Source: a virus (taxonomy: Duplodnaviria > Caudoviricetes). Taken from it: DNA of 61,476 bases. Below, piece after piece: positions 34,650 to 44,319 of this stretch (positions are counted from its first letter, which is position 1; each line of letters starts with the position of its first letter). Under the pieces are notes generated by a model. That model saw only the letters and a program-made list of their open reading frames with translations, ran no database searches and was not told the origin of the DNA. Made by a program: the position numbers and the translations under genes. The stretch spans positions 1 through 61,476 of IMG/VR virus record IMGVR_UViG_3300035670_000213. The stretch is one strand, 5' to 3'.

Positions 34650-36902
34650 ATGATTACAACTGCACATGGAAATTTAGCAAAGTTGATGTCTACCGAAGAC
34701 ATCGGCGTTATCCATGGGAATACTAAAACGGCTTATTTTAATACTCAAACCAGAACGCTATGTATTCCTAACTGGGAAGGTTTATCTGATATCGAGGTCC
34801 AGATGTTAATTGGACATGAGATTGGTCATGCACTATATACGAATCATGAAGAATGGATGAAAGCCATCAATGATTCTGCACCAAATGAAGGAATCTTCAA
34901 GCGATATTTGAATATTGTTGAAGATGCCCGTATCGAACGCTTGGTTAAGATTAAGTATCCGGGTATGAAGAAAATCTTTTTCTATGGATACACCGAATTA
35001 CTCAATCGTGAATTATTTAAATTCGATCCGGCTAACCTGACATTCGCCGATGTTATCAATCTTCATTTCAAATTGAATGGTATTTGTGATTTACCTTCAC
35101 TCAACGAAGATCATCGATACTTTATCGATAAGATCCAGAATGCCGATACATTCGATGAGATTGTTGCTATTACGAAAGAATTATATGCATTCTGTAAAGA
35201 TCGATCTATGGTACCGAATGCTTTCGATCTAGGTGATGGAGAAACCACTCCTGAAGGCGATTCTGTGTCCGAAGAAGGTGATTCGGAAGATACAGAATTA
35301 TCTGATTCTGATTCTGGTGCTGGCGAAGAAGAATGCGAAGATAACAGTGAAGATGGTTCTGGTTCTTCAGAAGATGAAGGATCTGAAGACTCCGAAGAAT
35401 CCGATGGAGAATCTGATAAAAATGTTGGTGGTACCGAAGGCGGGGGGGATGATACACCAGCCCCGGAACCTACTACCGACGATTTGAATGAAAATCTGAA
35501 ATCAATGGTTTCATCGAATAAAATTTACTATGCTTCGGTTCCTGATCCTATCATGAAGAATATTATTATTCCTTATAAGAGAGTTATCGAGGATTTCCAT
35601 ACATTCGATACCAAACCTGCATTGTATTCCAGTAAATCTATCACCGAAGTAAACCAAAATGATGATATTCAAGATGATGGATTTGATGTAGATGAAATAC
35701 TCGATAACAAGACACTGGCTTCTTTTACAAAGAAGACCCGTTCATCGGTTGCATATCACAAGCAGTTATTCGAAATGCGAAAGAAGGCTAACGAATATAA
35801 TAAAACAATGCAATTTAGATCCGGTGTACTAGATATGAATAAGTGTTATTCATATAAGTACAACGATCAAATATTCAAGACATTCGAAGTTAAACCGAAT
35901 GGCAAGAAACATGGATTAATTTTCTTCTTGGATATGTCTGGGTCAATGGCGGGTTATATTAAGAATGCTATTGAAAAAATGATGGAGATTGTTTTGTTCT
36001 GTCGTGCGACTAAGATCCCGTATGTCGTATATGGCTTCACGACTGGTGTATTCCATGAGGATTATGTAGATGAATTTACAAATTACGGATCTATGGAATA
36101 TCGAATGGGTCTGGGGAATTTTCATTTGATTGAATTGATGAATTCTTCAATGAGTATTACTGAATTCAAGAAAATGTTCGATATCATCAAAAGGCTAGGT
36201 GGATGGAACGTTCCTCCAAATTATAAACTAGGTGGTACTCCATTAAATGAGACTGTTCTTTGTCTAGATACTATCGTGAATAAATTCAAGAGCGATACTG
36301 CCACACAGGTCGTGAATGTAGTTTTCTTTACTGACGGTGAGGGACATGGATACAATTTTATTGATATCAATAACTCACATAACTACCACACTCCTCAATA
36401 TGATCGCCGACCCGAAAAAGAATACGAGTATGTGCTTCATGATCCTAAGACAAGAATGAATTATTCATTCAATAACAAAGCTTTTGATAATGAAGACAAC
36501 TGCATTATTCAAACACATATACTGCTTGATGTTATGCGTAATAGAATGCGTGATGTGAATATCCTGAATTATTATATTGTTGGTTCTACACTTTCATTTA
36601 TCACGACTGAAGAATATGTGGAGATTTTCGGTAAACCACATAATGAATTTGATTGGTACCAGCGTAGGGATAATGTCAATGAGTTAGCAGCAAAAAAATC
36701 AATTATCATCAAAGACAATTACAAAGGATTCGATCAAGTCTATATCATACATTCAGGTTTCTTTGATATCGAAACTCCGAGGTTTAAGAAGACCGAAGAA
36801 TTCGCTTCGATCCAAGAATTGTCGAATAAATTCAAAACAAATATTTCAACAAAGAAATCGACCCAAAAGTTGATTTCTAATTTCATCGATATGATTGTAT
36901 AG
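34650..36902 (+). CDS. Metallopeptidase-like (HEXXH) plus VWA domain protein (CobT-like partner of the AAA ATPase)
   Basis: HEIGHALYT, NIVEDARIE, acidic linker, MIDAS DMSGSM, GGTPL and TDGE. Confidence 0.88.
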   Translation: MITTAHGNLAKLMSTEDIGVIHGNTKTAYFNTQTRTLCIPNWEGLSDIEVQMLIGHEIGHALYTNHEEWMKAINDSAPNEGIFKRYLNIVEDARIERLVKIKYPGMKKIFFYGYTELLNRELFKFDPANLTFADVINLHFKLNGICDLPSLNEDHRYFIDKIQNADTFDEIVAITKELYAFCKDRSMVPNAFDLGDGETTPEGDSVSEEGDSEDTELSDSDSGAGEEECEDNSEDGSGSSEDEGSEDSEESDGESDKNVGGTEGGGDDTPAPEPTTDDLNENLKSMVSSNKIYYASVPDPIMKNIIIPYKRVIEDFHTFDTKPALYSSKSITEVNQNDDIQDDGFDVDEILDNKTLASFTKKTRSSVAYHKQLFEMRKKANEYNKTMQFRSGVLDMNKCYSYKYNDQIFKTFEVKPNGKKHGLIFFLDMSGSMAGYIKNAIEKMMEIVLFCRATKIPYVVYGFTTGVFHEDYVDEFTNYGSMEYRMGLGNFHLIELMNSSMSITEFKKMFDIIKRLGGWNVPPNYKLGGTPLNETVLCLDTIVNKFKSDTATQVVNVVFFTDGEGHGYNFIDINNSHNYHTPQYDRRPEKEYEYVLHDPKTRMNYSFNNKAFDNEDNCIIQTHILLDVMRNRMRDVNILNYYIVGSTLSFITTEEYVEIFGKPHNEFDWYQRRDNVNELAAKKSIIIKDNYKGFDQVYIIHSGFFDIETPRFKKTEEFASIQELSNKFKTNISTKKSTQKLISNFIDMIV

Positions 36903-36910
36903 GAGAATTC

Positions 36911-37114
36911 ATGAACTTAATGCCTATTGTATTATTGTGTTTGTTTGCAATCGGATATTCATTTTTTCATATCGGTGTATGGGTTGAAAGGAATCGATGG
37001 AAATATGGTAATCATTTCATAAACAAAGATGGAGTCGCCATGAAGATATTACCAATGAAGGGATACACTAAGTATGATAGATATTCTCCTTGTATTTTGG
37101 AGAAATTAGATTAG
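36911..37114 (+). CDS. Small membrane protein
   Basis: N-terminal TM helix; AGGAG SD. Confidence 0.6.
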   Translation: MNLMPIVLLCLFAIGYSFFHIGVWVERNRWKYGNHFINKDGVAMKILPMKGYTKYDRYSPCILEKLD

Positions 37115-37125
37115 GAGTAAATACT

Positions 37126-37311
37126 ATGCAATTTTCCGAATGGATTGGTAAGTCGATTAATGAAGTGGGAGAGGAGGCAAGGAATAGAGGAATTCGTACC
37201 AGAATTACTGTTTGGGACGGATCGCCTCAAATTTTGACTGAGGATTTCGTTCCCAACAGGGTTGGTCTTATCGTAGAAAATAATATTGTGACCGGGATTG
37301 AGATGGGTTGA
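37126..37311 (+). CDS. Peptidase inhibitor I78/potato-I-like small protein
   Basis: WIGK...R..R.......LTEDF.PNRV.L.V....V.....G pattern; AGGAG SD before ATG 37126. Confidence 0.55.
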   Translation: MQFSEWIGKSINEVGEEARNRGIRTRITVWDGSPQILTEDFVPNRVGLIVENNIVTGIEMG

Positions 37312-37351
37312 CAAATTGATTTTGATTTGATATAATAGTCTTGGAGGTATT

Positions 37352-37621
37352 ATGCGGAATTGGTTTATTCAGTTTCATTCCGATTATCATGAAGTTCTTG
37401 ATATCGAGGGTCCTTCGTTAGAAGATAGTTTTAAGTCGGAAGAATTAGACTTAGAAGATTATGGATATCGATACGACGAAAATTTTCCTGGGTGGATATA
37501 TTACACCGGGTTGTATTGGATGTGGGAAACTCAGAAACCAACTACCGAAGAAATCCAGCAACATCTAGACAAAAATCAAGACGGATTATCTACGTGGGGA
37601 TATGTGAAAAATGTGGAGTGA
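37352..37621 (+). CDS. Hypothetical early protein
   Basis: TTGACA-17-TATAAT promoter and GGAGG SD upstream. Confidence 0.7.
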   Translation: MRNWFIQFHSDYHEVLDIEGPSLEDSFKSEELDLEDYGYRYDENFPGWIYYTGLYWMWETQKPTTEEIQQHLDKNQDGLSTWGYVKNVE

Positions 37622-37835
37622 AGATGTAGTAAAGACACTTAACGAACATCAAACAAGCGGTAAATTCCATCCTTACACTTGCGGGACTCCGGATTGTGGA
37701 AGAACCGAGTTGTGCGTTAATTGGAGGGGAGACCAACATGAAGTATTCTTCCGATCTGAATTGGTAGCAACAACGAATGGATGGATATGTCCTAACTGTG
37801 ATTACACACAAGATTGGTATCATTATTGTTTTTAA
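37611..37835 (+). CDS. Hypothetical zinc-binding protein
   Basis: FHPYTCG...C and L.AT..GWICPNCDYTQDW. Confidence 0.65.
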   Translation: MWSEDVVKTLNEHQTSGKFHPYTCGTPDCGRTELCVNWRGDQHEVFFRSELVATTNGWICPNCDYTQDWYHYCF

Positions 37836-38050
37836 AGTGTACGATAGGAGTAATTGTGGAATCAACAATACGATATATTGTAGTGATGGATAATGGGATG
37901 GGACAGATCATTAGGTTCTGTGAATCAAAAGACTCTGTGAGAAAAATCCTGCGAGAGAATAAAATGGATTCTCCGTTCGCCGATTCGCAGGTTTTCGAAG
38001 TACCCATGAATAAATTATCATATGATGATCTATGGAAAGGAATTGTCTGA
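37814..38050 (+). CDS. Hypothetical protein (true start probably a downstream GTG)
   Basis: In the gene chain; AGGAG before GTG about 37856. Confidence 0.5.
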   Translation: MVSLLFLKCTIGVIVESTIRYIVVMDNGMGQIIRFCESKDSVRKILRENKMDSPFADSQVFEVPMNKLSYDDLWKGIV

Positions 38051-38232
38051 TGTCAATTAACATCGATAGATTTGTTGTTGTTGGGAACGATATCGTAGAA
38101 AGATCTACTGGAGAGATTATCTATTCTTCAGTTCCAAGTAATATTGAGATCAATTTTCATTGTGATGTTTTGAATGGGCGGGTCTCACCGAAATGGATCA
38201 CCCCCGAACATCTGATGTGGATTAGGACTTGA
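38032..38232 (+). CDS. Hypothetical protein
   Basis: In the gene chain; start probably ATG 38050. Confidence 0.5.
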   Translation: MERNCLMSINIDRFVVVGNDIVERSTGEIIYSSVPSNIEINFHCDVLNGRVSPKWITPEHLMWIRT

Positions 38233-38263
38233 CAACGACTCATGGATTAGGTATAATATGAAT

Positions 38264-38338
38264 ATGAAAGAAATGATTAAGGATTTCTCTGCTCTCCTCT
38301 TCTGCGTCGGATCGATTATTCTCTTGGCGGTATTGTAA
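38264..38338 (+). CDS. Hydrophobic micro-ORF (24 aa) translationally coupled to pseT
   Basis: MKEMIKDFSALLFCVGSIILLAVL; starts 6 nt after TATAAT; TAATG overlap with the next start. Confidence 0.55.
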   Translation: MKEMIKDFSALLFCVGSIILLAVL

Positions 38339-39300
38339 TGAAAGCTTATATTACCATCGGACTTCCGGCATCCGGAAAGACAACCTGGGCGAAGGATTTC
38401 GCCGATAATAATTCGACTGAGAACAATATCATTATTCGTGTAAATAATGATGATATTCGGAATGCGATTTACGAATTAGCTGGAAATCGCAATTGGTCTG
38501 GGGCAGTCGAAGATGAAGTGAAGAAGAATCGAGAAATTCTTATCACCGCTCGTGCCGCTGTCGGTGCCGATATTATCATCGATAATACTCATCTGAATCC
38601 TAAGACTCTGAACCACATCACCACCTTCTGTAAGTCAAAGGGATATGACATTGAGATTGTCGATTTTCGACACGTCTCTCTCGAAGAGTGTATTCGACGT
38701 GATTCTCTTCGTGAAGGATTTTCTAAGGTCGGAGAAAAGGTAATTCGTGATATGCATAGCAAATTTATGAATTGTGCTGTTGATCGTAACCTACCAGAAT
38801 GGGTTCCAAATTCTCTTCCTAATTGTATTATCGTAGATATCGATGGTACTGTTGCACGAATTGTTTCGAGGGGTCCTTATGATGAATCCTTAGTCTTTAC
38901 CGATGAAGTTCGTCAGCACGTTCTCTTGGTTGTTCGATCTATTATCGAGACGAATCCCGATACACGAGTCTTTTTCTTTTCAGGTCGTTCTGAGGGGTGT
39001 AAGGGTGAGACTATTCGTTGGTTGAATGCGAAGTGTAATATAGCAATCATGAATGAACCACCCATCTTGAAAGATGATTTGAATTTCAATAATCCTATGA
39101 TGATGGCTGATCTGCATATGCGAAAGATCGGTGATCGGCGGCGGGATTCGTTCGTTAAGCTGGATATGTATAACGAGGTCATCAAAGATAAGTACAATGT
39201 AATTTGCGTATTCGATGATCGTCCTCAAGTAATTCGTGAGTGTTGGAAGGTTTTGAATCTTCCTGTGTTGAACTGCGGTGTAATTGATAATGAATTTTGA
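38338..39300 (+). CDS. pseT: Polynucleotide 5'-kinase/3'-phosphatase
   Basis: GLPASGKTT P-loop, IIDNT, HAD DIDGT, SGR and FDDRPQV motifs. Confidence 0.92.
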   Translation: MKAYITIGLPASGKTTWAKDFADNNSTENNIIIRVNNDDIRNAIYELAGNRNWSGAVEDEVKKNREILITARAAVGADIIIDNTHLNPKTLNHITTFCKSKGYDIEIVDFRHVSLEECIRRDSLREGFSKVGEKVIRDMHSKFMNCAVDRNLPEWVPNSLPNCIIVDIDGTVARIVSRGPYDESLVFTDEVRQHVLLVVRSIIETNPDTRVFFFSGRSEGCKGETIRWLNAKCNIAIMNEPPILKDDLNFNNPMMMADLHMRKIGDRRRDSFVKLDMYNEVIKDKYNVICVFDDRPQVIRECWKVLNLPVLNCGVIDNEF

Positions 39301-39354
39301 CAAACAGAGTCTCTAGACAAGTTTGTTAGTATTAATTGATATAATGGAGAAATT

Positions 39355-39564
39355 ATGAATAAGACAATGACTCAACGTGAACGTGTTCTATCGGTACTAA
39401 ATCGCAAGACTCGCAATACCATTACGGCTCGTCAAGCACGAGATCAGTTTGGTATCAAGAATCTACGTGCTCGTATTGCAGAGCTACGTTCCGAAGGACT
39501 TGAAATCGAGACTGATGTTCGTGTGAATCGTGATGGTTCTGTAGAGACAGTCTACAGTCTCTAA
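39355..39564 (+). CDS. Winged helix-turn-helix protein
   Basis: TQRERVL..L....TITARQA...FGIKNLRARIAELRSEG. Confidence 0.8.
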   Translation: MNKTMTQRERVLSVLNRKTRNTITARQARDQFGIKNLRARIAELRSEGLEIETDVRVNRDGSVETVYSL

Positions 39565-39616
39565 ATCGGATAGGAGTTTACGGGGGAGTGGTCATGAGCC
39601 ACTTCCTCATTTTTCC

Positions 39617-40018
39617 ATGAAACTAGAAACAATTATTTCAGAAACTGCATTAGGTGAAGAACTGAGAAACCTGATGGTAACCGACACACCCGCTTTCACT
39701 AGGTTAATGAAAGGTATTTTCTTATTTGAAATCATATTCTTGATTTTATCGTGTGCCTCGGTTAGTGCCCTATTCGTTTTTCGTCCAGAAAATATCATTT
39801 GGTATATTGTGCCGACATTTTTCTTTGTCTGGTCGTTTGTTAGAGTTTGGTCTTATAACACTTACCTGACTCTATTCGTCACGAACTTTTTAATACAATA
39901 TCATGTTCTATTGCGATATCTTGAGGCGTCAGTTGAAGAACGTGAACAAGTTAATAATGTGTTCGCAGATGTACCCCTTAACGAGAACTTCAAAAATTAC
40001 ATAAATAAAAAGGTCTAA
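39617..40018 (+). CDS. Membrane protein
   Basis: Two to three hydrophobic segments. Confidence 0.6.
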   Translation: MKLETIISETALGEELRNLMVTDTPAFTRLMKGIFLFEIIFLILSCASVSALFVFRPENIIWYIVPTFFFVWSFVRVWSYNTYLTLFVTNFLIQYHVLLRYLEASVEEREQVNNVFADVPLNENFKNYINKKV

Positions 40019-40019
40019 C

Positions 40020-40292
40020 ATGAAATCCTCCGAACTAAAGGCTATAATCGAAACGCAGCGGTATATGATTGCATCATTGTATACATCTCTTTCTCTGGTA
40101 GAGACAACAGATTCAAATCTACTATGTATGAAATTATCTATCGAGAAGATGTGGGAAACGACTGAAATGATCGACGAATCCTTCAAACTCGGAGCTATGA
40201 CACTAGAACAAATTTTTCAACACGGAAAGGAAATTGTTGCTTTACAAAAGCTATACAATTTATCCGAATATGATAAATCTCAGATTAACTGA
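40020..40292 (+). CDS. Hypothetical protein
   Basis: In the gene chain, with SD-like AAGG. Confidence 0.55.
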   Translation: MKSSELKAIIETQRYMIASLYTSLSLVETTDSNLLCMKLSIEKMWETTEMIDESFKLGAMTLEQIFQHGKEIVALQKLYNLSEYDKSQIN

Positions 40293-40563
40293 TGTAGATG
40301 ATTTTATCAATACGAATGCTAGAACTATTGTTGCGTTCGTTAACCCAAAAACAATCCTTTCCGCTTCTACTCTTAGAATTCTGAAAGAAATAGAAACAGA
40401 TAGTGTCAAGATTGGATGGGTTGATGTTGAAGATGATAAGGGTGTATTCAGTAAATTCACTCTCCGTATTATACCTACAATTCATGTTTACAGTAATGGA
40501 GATCTGGCTGTTAAGTTAAACCTCCCATTCTCTAAGAAGGATCTGGAATGTTTGATAAATTAA
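40270..40563 (+). CDS. Thioredoxin-fold protein lacking CXXC
   Basis: KIGWVDVED....FSKF.LRIIPT.HVY.NG pattern; likely start 40270. Confidence 0.6.
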   Translation: MINLRLTDVDDFINTNARTIVAFVNPKTILSASTLRILKEIETDSVKIGWVDVEDDKGVFSKFTLRIIPTIHVYSNGDLAVKLNLPFSKKDLECLIN

Positions 40564-41258
40564 ATCAAATCATCACAATCCTGAAAGGTGTTTCTGTAAT
40601 AGTATTCTTCTGTATAATGTCATACGGAATCATACAGATTATCGGATCAGTAACCAGAATTGAATCGAATTTGAATGCATTGACCGTACAAATAACCAAA
40701 GAAATCCCACAGGTAAGATCGGATTTTTTCGGTACTCTTTCAGACACAATCACGAAAACAAACAATAGACTATACTCAATAGAAACTAATCTATTCAAAA
40801 GGATAGACTCTATAGAATCAAAGACATTCGTTGAGTTAGAAAAAACAAACGCAAGTATACAAACAATCTCAGATTCAATAGTATCATTGTCTAATGAATA
40901 TTCGAAAATTCCTGGTGAAGTACAAAAGATTTCCGGTTCAATTGAACCTAATATTAATTGTGAAATAAACGATTACTGCTGGCCGAATCTATTCTCCGAT
41001 CTACTCATTGATTCAAGAAATATGGTCAGAGACGGATCTAATACGTTTACTTTGGTCAATAAAGAAGTACCAAAACTTACACAAGAAGTGAGTAAGGTAT
41101 CTACTTCTTTATCTGTAGAGATCCCAAAAATTACAGAAAATTCTACAAAGATTACAGACAATATCCAGAGATTGACGAAACCAAAATGGTATGATCGTCT
41201 AATCGGTTGGGGCGTCAATGGGTCACTTGTTTGGTTTAATATCAATCGTTCGAAATGA
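40548..41258 (+). CDS. Membrane-anchored coiled-coil protein
   Basis: N-terminal TM helix, heptad repeats, PKWYDR C-terminus. Confidence 0.65.
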   Translation: MFDKLNQIITILKGVSVIVFFCIMSYGIIQIIGSVTRIESNLNALTVQITKEIPQVRSDFFGTLSDTITKTNNRLYSIETNLFKRIDSIESKTFVELEKTNASIQTISDSIVSLSNEYSKIPGEVQKISGSIEPNINCEINDYCWPNLFSDLLIDSRNMVRDGSNTFTLVNKEVPKLTQEVSKVSTSLSVEIPKITENSTKITDNIQRLTKPKWYDRLIGWGVNGSLVWFNINRSK

Positions 41259-41281
41259 TAAATAAGAAAGGAGGTAATGAT

Positions 41282-41644
41282 ATGACTTGGTTAGTAAATT
41301 TTTTCAATAATGTGAAGAAATTCTTCACTAAATTGTTTGGTGCCGATGCTGAAGTTTTCATGAATCTACTAGAGAAAGTTTCTCCTTTAGTTAATTTGGC
41401 TTATCCGATTGTCAAGAAAGTTGCACAACTAACACCAAATAAAACTGATAATGAAATTCTAAAGGCTTATGAATCTTTTGGTTTTCAACACCTTTTCAAC
41501 AAGAAGATGGATAAGGGTCTTGCCCTAAGAGAGCTTTCTAAGAATGTTCTAAGAGCAGCCAATCCAGATCCAATAACTGATTATATTGCAAATACTGCGA
41601 TTGAATTGGCATATGCCAAATTCAAGGAAGAGCAGGGCAAGTAA
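41282..41644 (+). CDS. Late hypothetical protein
   Basis: ATAAATA plus AAGGAGG before ATG 41282; amphipathic N-terminus; TPNKTD motif. Confidence 0.7.
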   Translation: MTWLVNFFNNVKKFFTKLFGADAEVFMNLLEKVSPLVNLAYPIVKKVAQLTPNKTDNEILKAYESFGFQHLFNKKMDKGLALRELSKNVLRAANPDPITDYIANTAIELAYAKFKEEQGK

Positions 41645-41853
41645 TGAAATCTTGGTTTGATTTCGTCAAATCAATAGAATCTGAAGGAGGATCTGTATTG
41701 ATCCTGATCCTCCTTATTATTCTATTTGCGGCATTTGTGAAACTCGGATTTAAAGACGCAGAATCTCAATTATACTTTATTCTTGGTGCCTTAGTTGGAT
41801 TACTCAAGGGTAAGGGCGGCGCAGATCCTAATGACATTGAGAAGGAAAAATGA
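41644..41853 (+). CDS. Small two-TM membrane protein (holin candidate)
   Basis: Two hydrophobic helices, charged C-terminus; coupled to a late gene. Confidence 0.5.
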   Translation: MKSWFDFVKSIESEGGSVLILILLIILFAAFVKLGFKDAESQLYFILGALVGLLKGKGGADPNDIEKEK

Positions 41854-41857
41854 TTTA

Positions 41858-42361
41858 ATGAATGAACTAGAATATTATAAGATATATCAAGATGTTATTG
41901 ACCCGACATACGCAACCGAATTTTCTGCTTGTTTTGATATCCACGCTTATCTGAAGACCGGACAGAAGATCAGAACATTTACACCATCGAATAAAGAAAT
42001 TCTAGTTGGTGTTACAGATGATTCTGTTTCAATTAAGCCTGGAGATAGAATGTTGATTCCTACAGGTTTGATCTTCAAAATACCTCAGGAGTATTCTGTT
42101 CGTATTCATATTCGCTCGTCGGTGGCATTCAAGCAAGGAATCTTCTTGGCTAACTCTGAAGGTGTGATTGATTCGGATTATTTTCATGAGGGATTTCTTA
42201 TGACAATCAATTCCAGTTCACAATCTGTTACAATCAAAAACGGAGATAGAATTGCACAAGGTGAGTTAGTTCAGAAGATATCTAATAGATTATCACAAAT
42301 CTTCGAGAGACCAGAGCAGATGACTGATAGGATTGGTGGAATCGGTTCTACAGGGAGATAA
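41858..42361 (+). CDS. dut: dUTPase (trimeric type)
   Basis: SACFDI, LIPTGL, RSS, GVIDSDY, GDRIAQ and R.GGIGSTG motifs. Confidence 0.93.
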   Translation: MNELEYYKIYQDVIDPTYATEFSACFDIHAYLKTGQKIRTFTPSNKEILVGVTDDSVSIKPGDRMLIPTGLIFKIPQEYSVRIHIRSSVAFKQGIFLANSEGVIDSDYFHEGFLMTINSSSQSVTIKNGDRIAQGELVQKISNRLSQIFERPEQMTDRIGGIGSTGR

Positions 42362-42367
42362 TTTAAT

Positions 42368-43351
42368 ATGATTTTGAATCGTGGTGAGTGTCTTGATTTT
42401 GATGATGTAATGATTCAACCCACAATTACTAGAATTTCTTCCAGATCAAAAGTTAATCTAGAATATGAATTTGGTACAAATAACATAACGTGGAAGGGTG
42501 TTCCCATTATAGCATCTAATATGGATAAGATTGGAACTTTGAAAGTTTCTAAGGTCTTATCCAAATATAAAATGCTGACTTTCTTGCATAAGTATTATAC
42601 AGTAGAAGATTTGAAAGGTGAAGATTATGATCCTGAATTTATTGGCATTTCTGTTGGGGTTTCTCCTAGTGAGTTTGAGAATGCTAAACAAATATTAAAG
42701 TATAATCCTAACATAAAGTTTATTTGTCTTGATGTGGCTAATGGATATATGCTATCATTTCATGATATCATCATGGATTATGTATTGGCATTTCCAGACA
42801 AGATTGTTGTTGCAGGTAATGTTGTAGATTATTCTGGTGCTTGGAAGTTATCCGAATGCGGTGCCACGTTAATTAAGTGTGGTATAGGTTCCGGTGCAGT
42901 ATGTACCACACGAGCCAAAACTGGTGTCGGTCTTCCGCAATTCACCTGTATCCAAAAATGCGTCGGAGAGTGGCCACAAACACCAATCGATATTATGTCT
43001 GACGGTGGTTGTAAAACACCCGGAGATATCGCAAAAGCTTTCGGTGCTGGAGCGAAGTTTGTTATGATTGGTGGGATGCTTGCAGGACACAATGAAACAG
43101 GAACCGAAATTTACGGTATGTCTTCAGCCGAAGCGATGAACTTATATTCTGGTGGAGTTGATTCTTACAGAACATCAGAGGGGAAGAGAGTTGTGGTCGA
43201 ATCTAAAGGTCCATTGGAAGATACTATAAAAGATATACTAGGTGGTTTAAGATCAGCCTTATCTTATACAAATTCTTCTACTTTGAGAGAATTCATCGGC
43301 AATCAGACATTCAATATAGTACGCAGACAACTTAATAACCTATTTGATTAA
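42368..43351 (+). CDS. guaC: GMP reductase
   Basis: LDFDDV, PIIASNMD, CLDVANGY, AGNV, GIGSGAVCTTR.KTGVG.PQ, SDGG, GGMLAGH, YGMSS, YRTSEG and GGLRS motifs. Confidence 0.92.
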   Translation: MILNRGECLDFDDVMIQPTITRISSRSKVNLEYEFGTNNITWKGVPIIASNMDKIGTLKVSKVLSKYKMLTFLHKYYTVEDLKGEDYDPEFIGISVGVSPSEFENAKQILKYNPNIKFICLDVANGYMLSFHDIIMDYVLAFPDKIVVAGNVVDYSGAWKLSECGATLIKCGIGSGAVCTTRAKTGVGLPQFTCIQKCVGEWPQTPIDIMSDGGCKTPGDIAKAFGAGAKFVMIGGMLAGHNETGTEIYGMSSAEAMNLYSGGVDSYRTSEGKRVVVESKGPLEDTIKDILGGLRSALSYTNSSTLREFIGNQTFNIVRRQLNNLFD

Positions 43352-43739
43352 AATGAAACACTTATTTCGTGAATTGAAATCTTGGGCTAAAGATCTGGAT
43401 ATAGAAGTTCAAGTGGATTCTACTTACTATCATTACGCACAAACAAAATCGGAAGATAGAATAGTAAATGGTATTGCTGGTTGTGACGGTAATATTGTTC
43501 TATATTGTGATCGTGATAATGTCGATTGGTCTTATATGATTTCTATGTTAATTCATGAAATAGGACATGTTATTTTATTTCAAGATGGAATATCCTGGCA
43601 TACAGAAAAAGATGCATGGATATGCGGAATAACAGTTGTTCCTGATAAGTTTAAGCACAATAAACTCAAAGAGCATTGTATAGAATGTCTCAAAACTTAC
43701 GATTACAAAAAATTCGGCTGGTTGGACGATCTTCTCTGA
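43344..43739 (+). CDS. Zincin-like (HEXXH) protein
   Basis: LIHEIGH...E.DAW. Confidence 0.7.
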   Translation: MIKMKHLFRELKSWAKDLDIEVQVDSTYYHYAQTKSEDRIVNGIAGCDGNIVLYCDRDNVDWSYMISMLIHEIGHVILFQDGISWHTEKDAWICGITVVPDKFKHNKLKEHCIECLKTYDYKKFGWLDDLL

Positions 43740-43751
43740 AAATCCGTTTGT

Positions 43752-43759
43752 TATAAATA
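43752..43759 (+). promoter_or_regulatory. T4-type late promoter
   Basis: TATAAATA upstream of 43805. Confidence 0.7.
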
Positions 43760-43804
43760 GTTATATATCCTATTATTATAGCTATAAGGATCAAGGAGAA
43801 ATAA

Positions 43805-44272
43805 ATGTCACTTTGGGGAAATAGAGAAGTAAGCTTCCTTTCAGGAACATCAGTAAATACTGGTGGTGCTACAGGTGTAACAGTTACTGGTGTAGGAACT
43901 TCCTTCCTAACACAAGTAGAGAATGGTGATCTACTCACAGTTGGATCTACGAAGGCAGAAGTATTAAGAGTCAATTCGAATACATCATTGACCGTTTCTT
44001 CTCCAGTTTTTATTGCAGCAGGTTCAACTGGTTTTTATGTAACTGAGTTACCTAAGTATCTATCCGAAACAGAAAAACTCACTCAGACATTTGGTGTAGA
44101 TACAACCGAAGCTGGTGCAACTGGCTTTAAGGGTGCTCACGCTGGATGGGTCAAGCGTACTGTAGGCACAGGGGGACGTTCTGGTAGAGTTATTGTAGAA
44201 ACTCTAGTAGCAATGGGTGTTCCTGCTGCAACAATGCGTGATGCAGAAGATGTAGCCTTCCCAGACGCCTAA
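43805..44272 (+). CDS. Probable virion structural/decoration protein
   Basis: MSLWGN, VTGVGT.F, HAGWV.RT.G.GGR.GRV..ETLVAM; late promoter and AAGGAG SD. Confidence 0.7.
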   Translation: MSLWGNREVSFLSGTSVNTGGATGVTVTGVGTSFLTQVENGDLLTVGSTKAEVLRVNSNTSLTVSSPVFIAAGSTGFYVTELPKYLSETEKLTQTFGVDTTEAGATGFKGAHAGWVKRTVGTGGRSGRVIVETLVAMGVPAATMRDAEDVAFPDA

Positions 44273-44280
44273 ACCAATCG

Positions 44281-44298
44281 GGGGAACTTCGGTTCCCC
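44281..44298 (+). terminator. C(UUCG)G hairpin (terminator or stabiliser)
   Basis: GGGGAAC-TTCG-GTTCCCC; identical to 45029-45046. Confidence 0.65.
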
Positions 44299-44319
44299 TC
44301 AAATCTTAAAGGATCAATC

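Noticed and set aside
35230-35480. Low-complexity GAAGAT/GATTCT-rich stretch
   Set aside because: Encodes the acidic linker typical of CobT-like VWA proteins.
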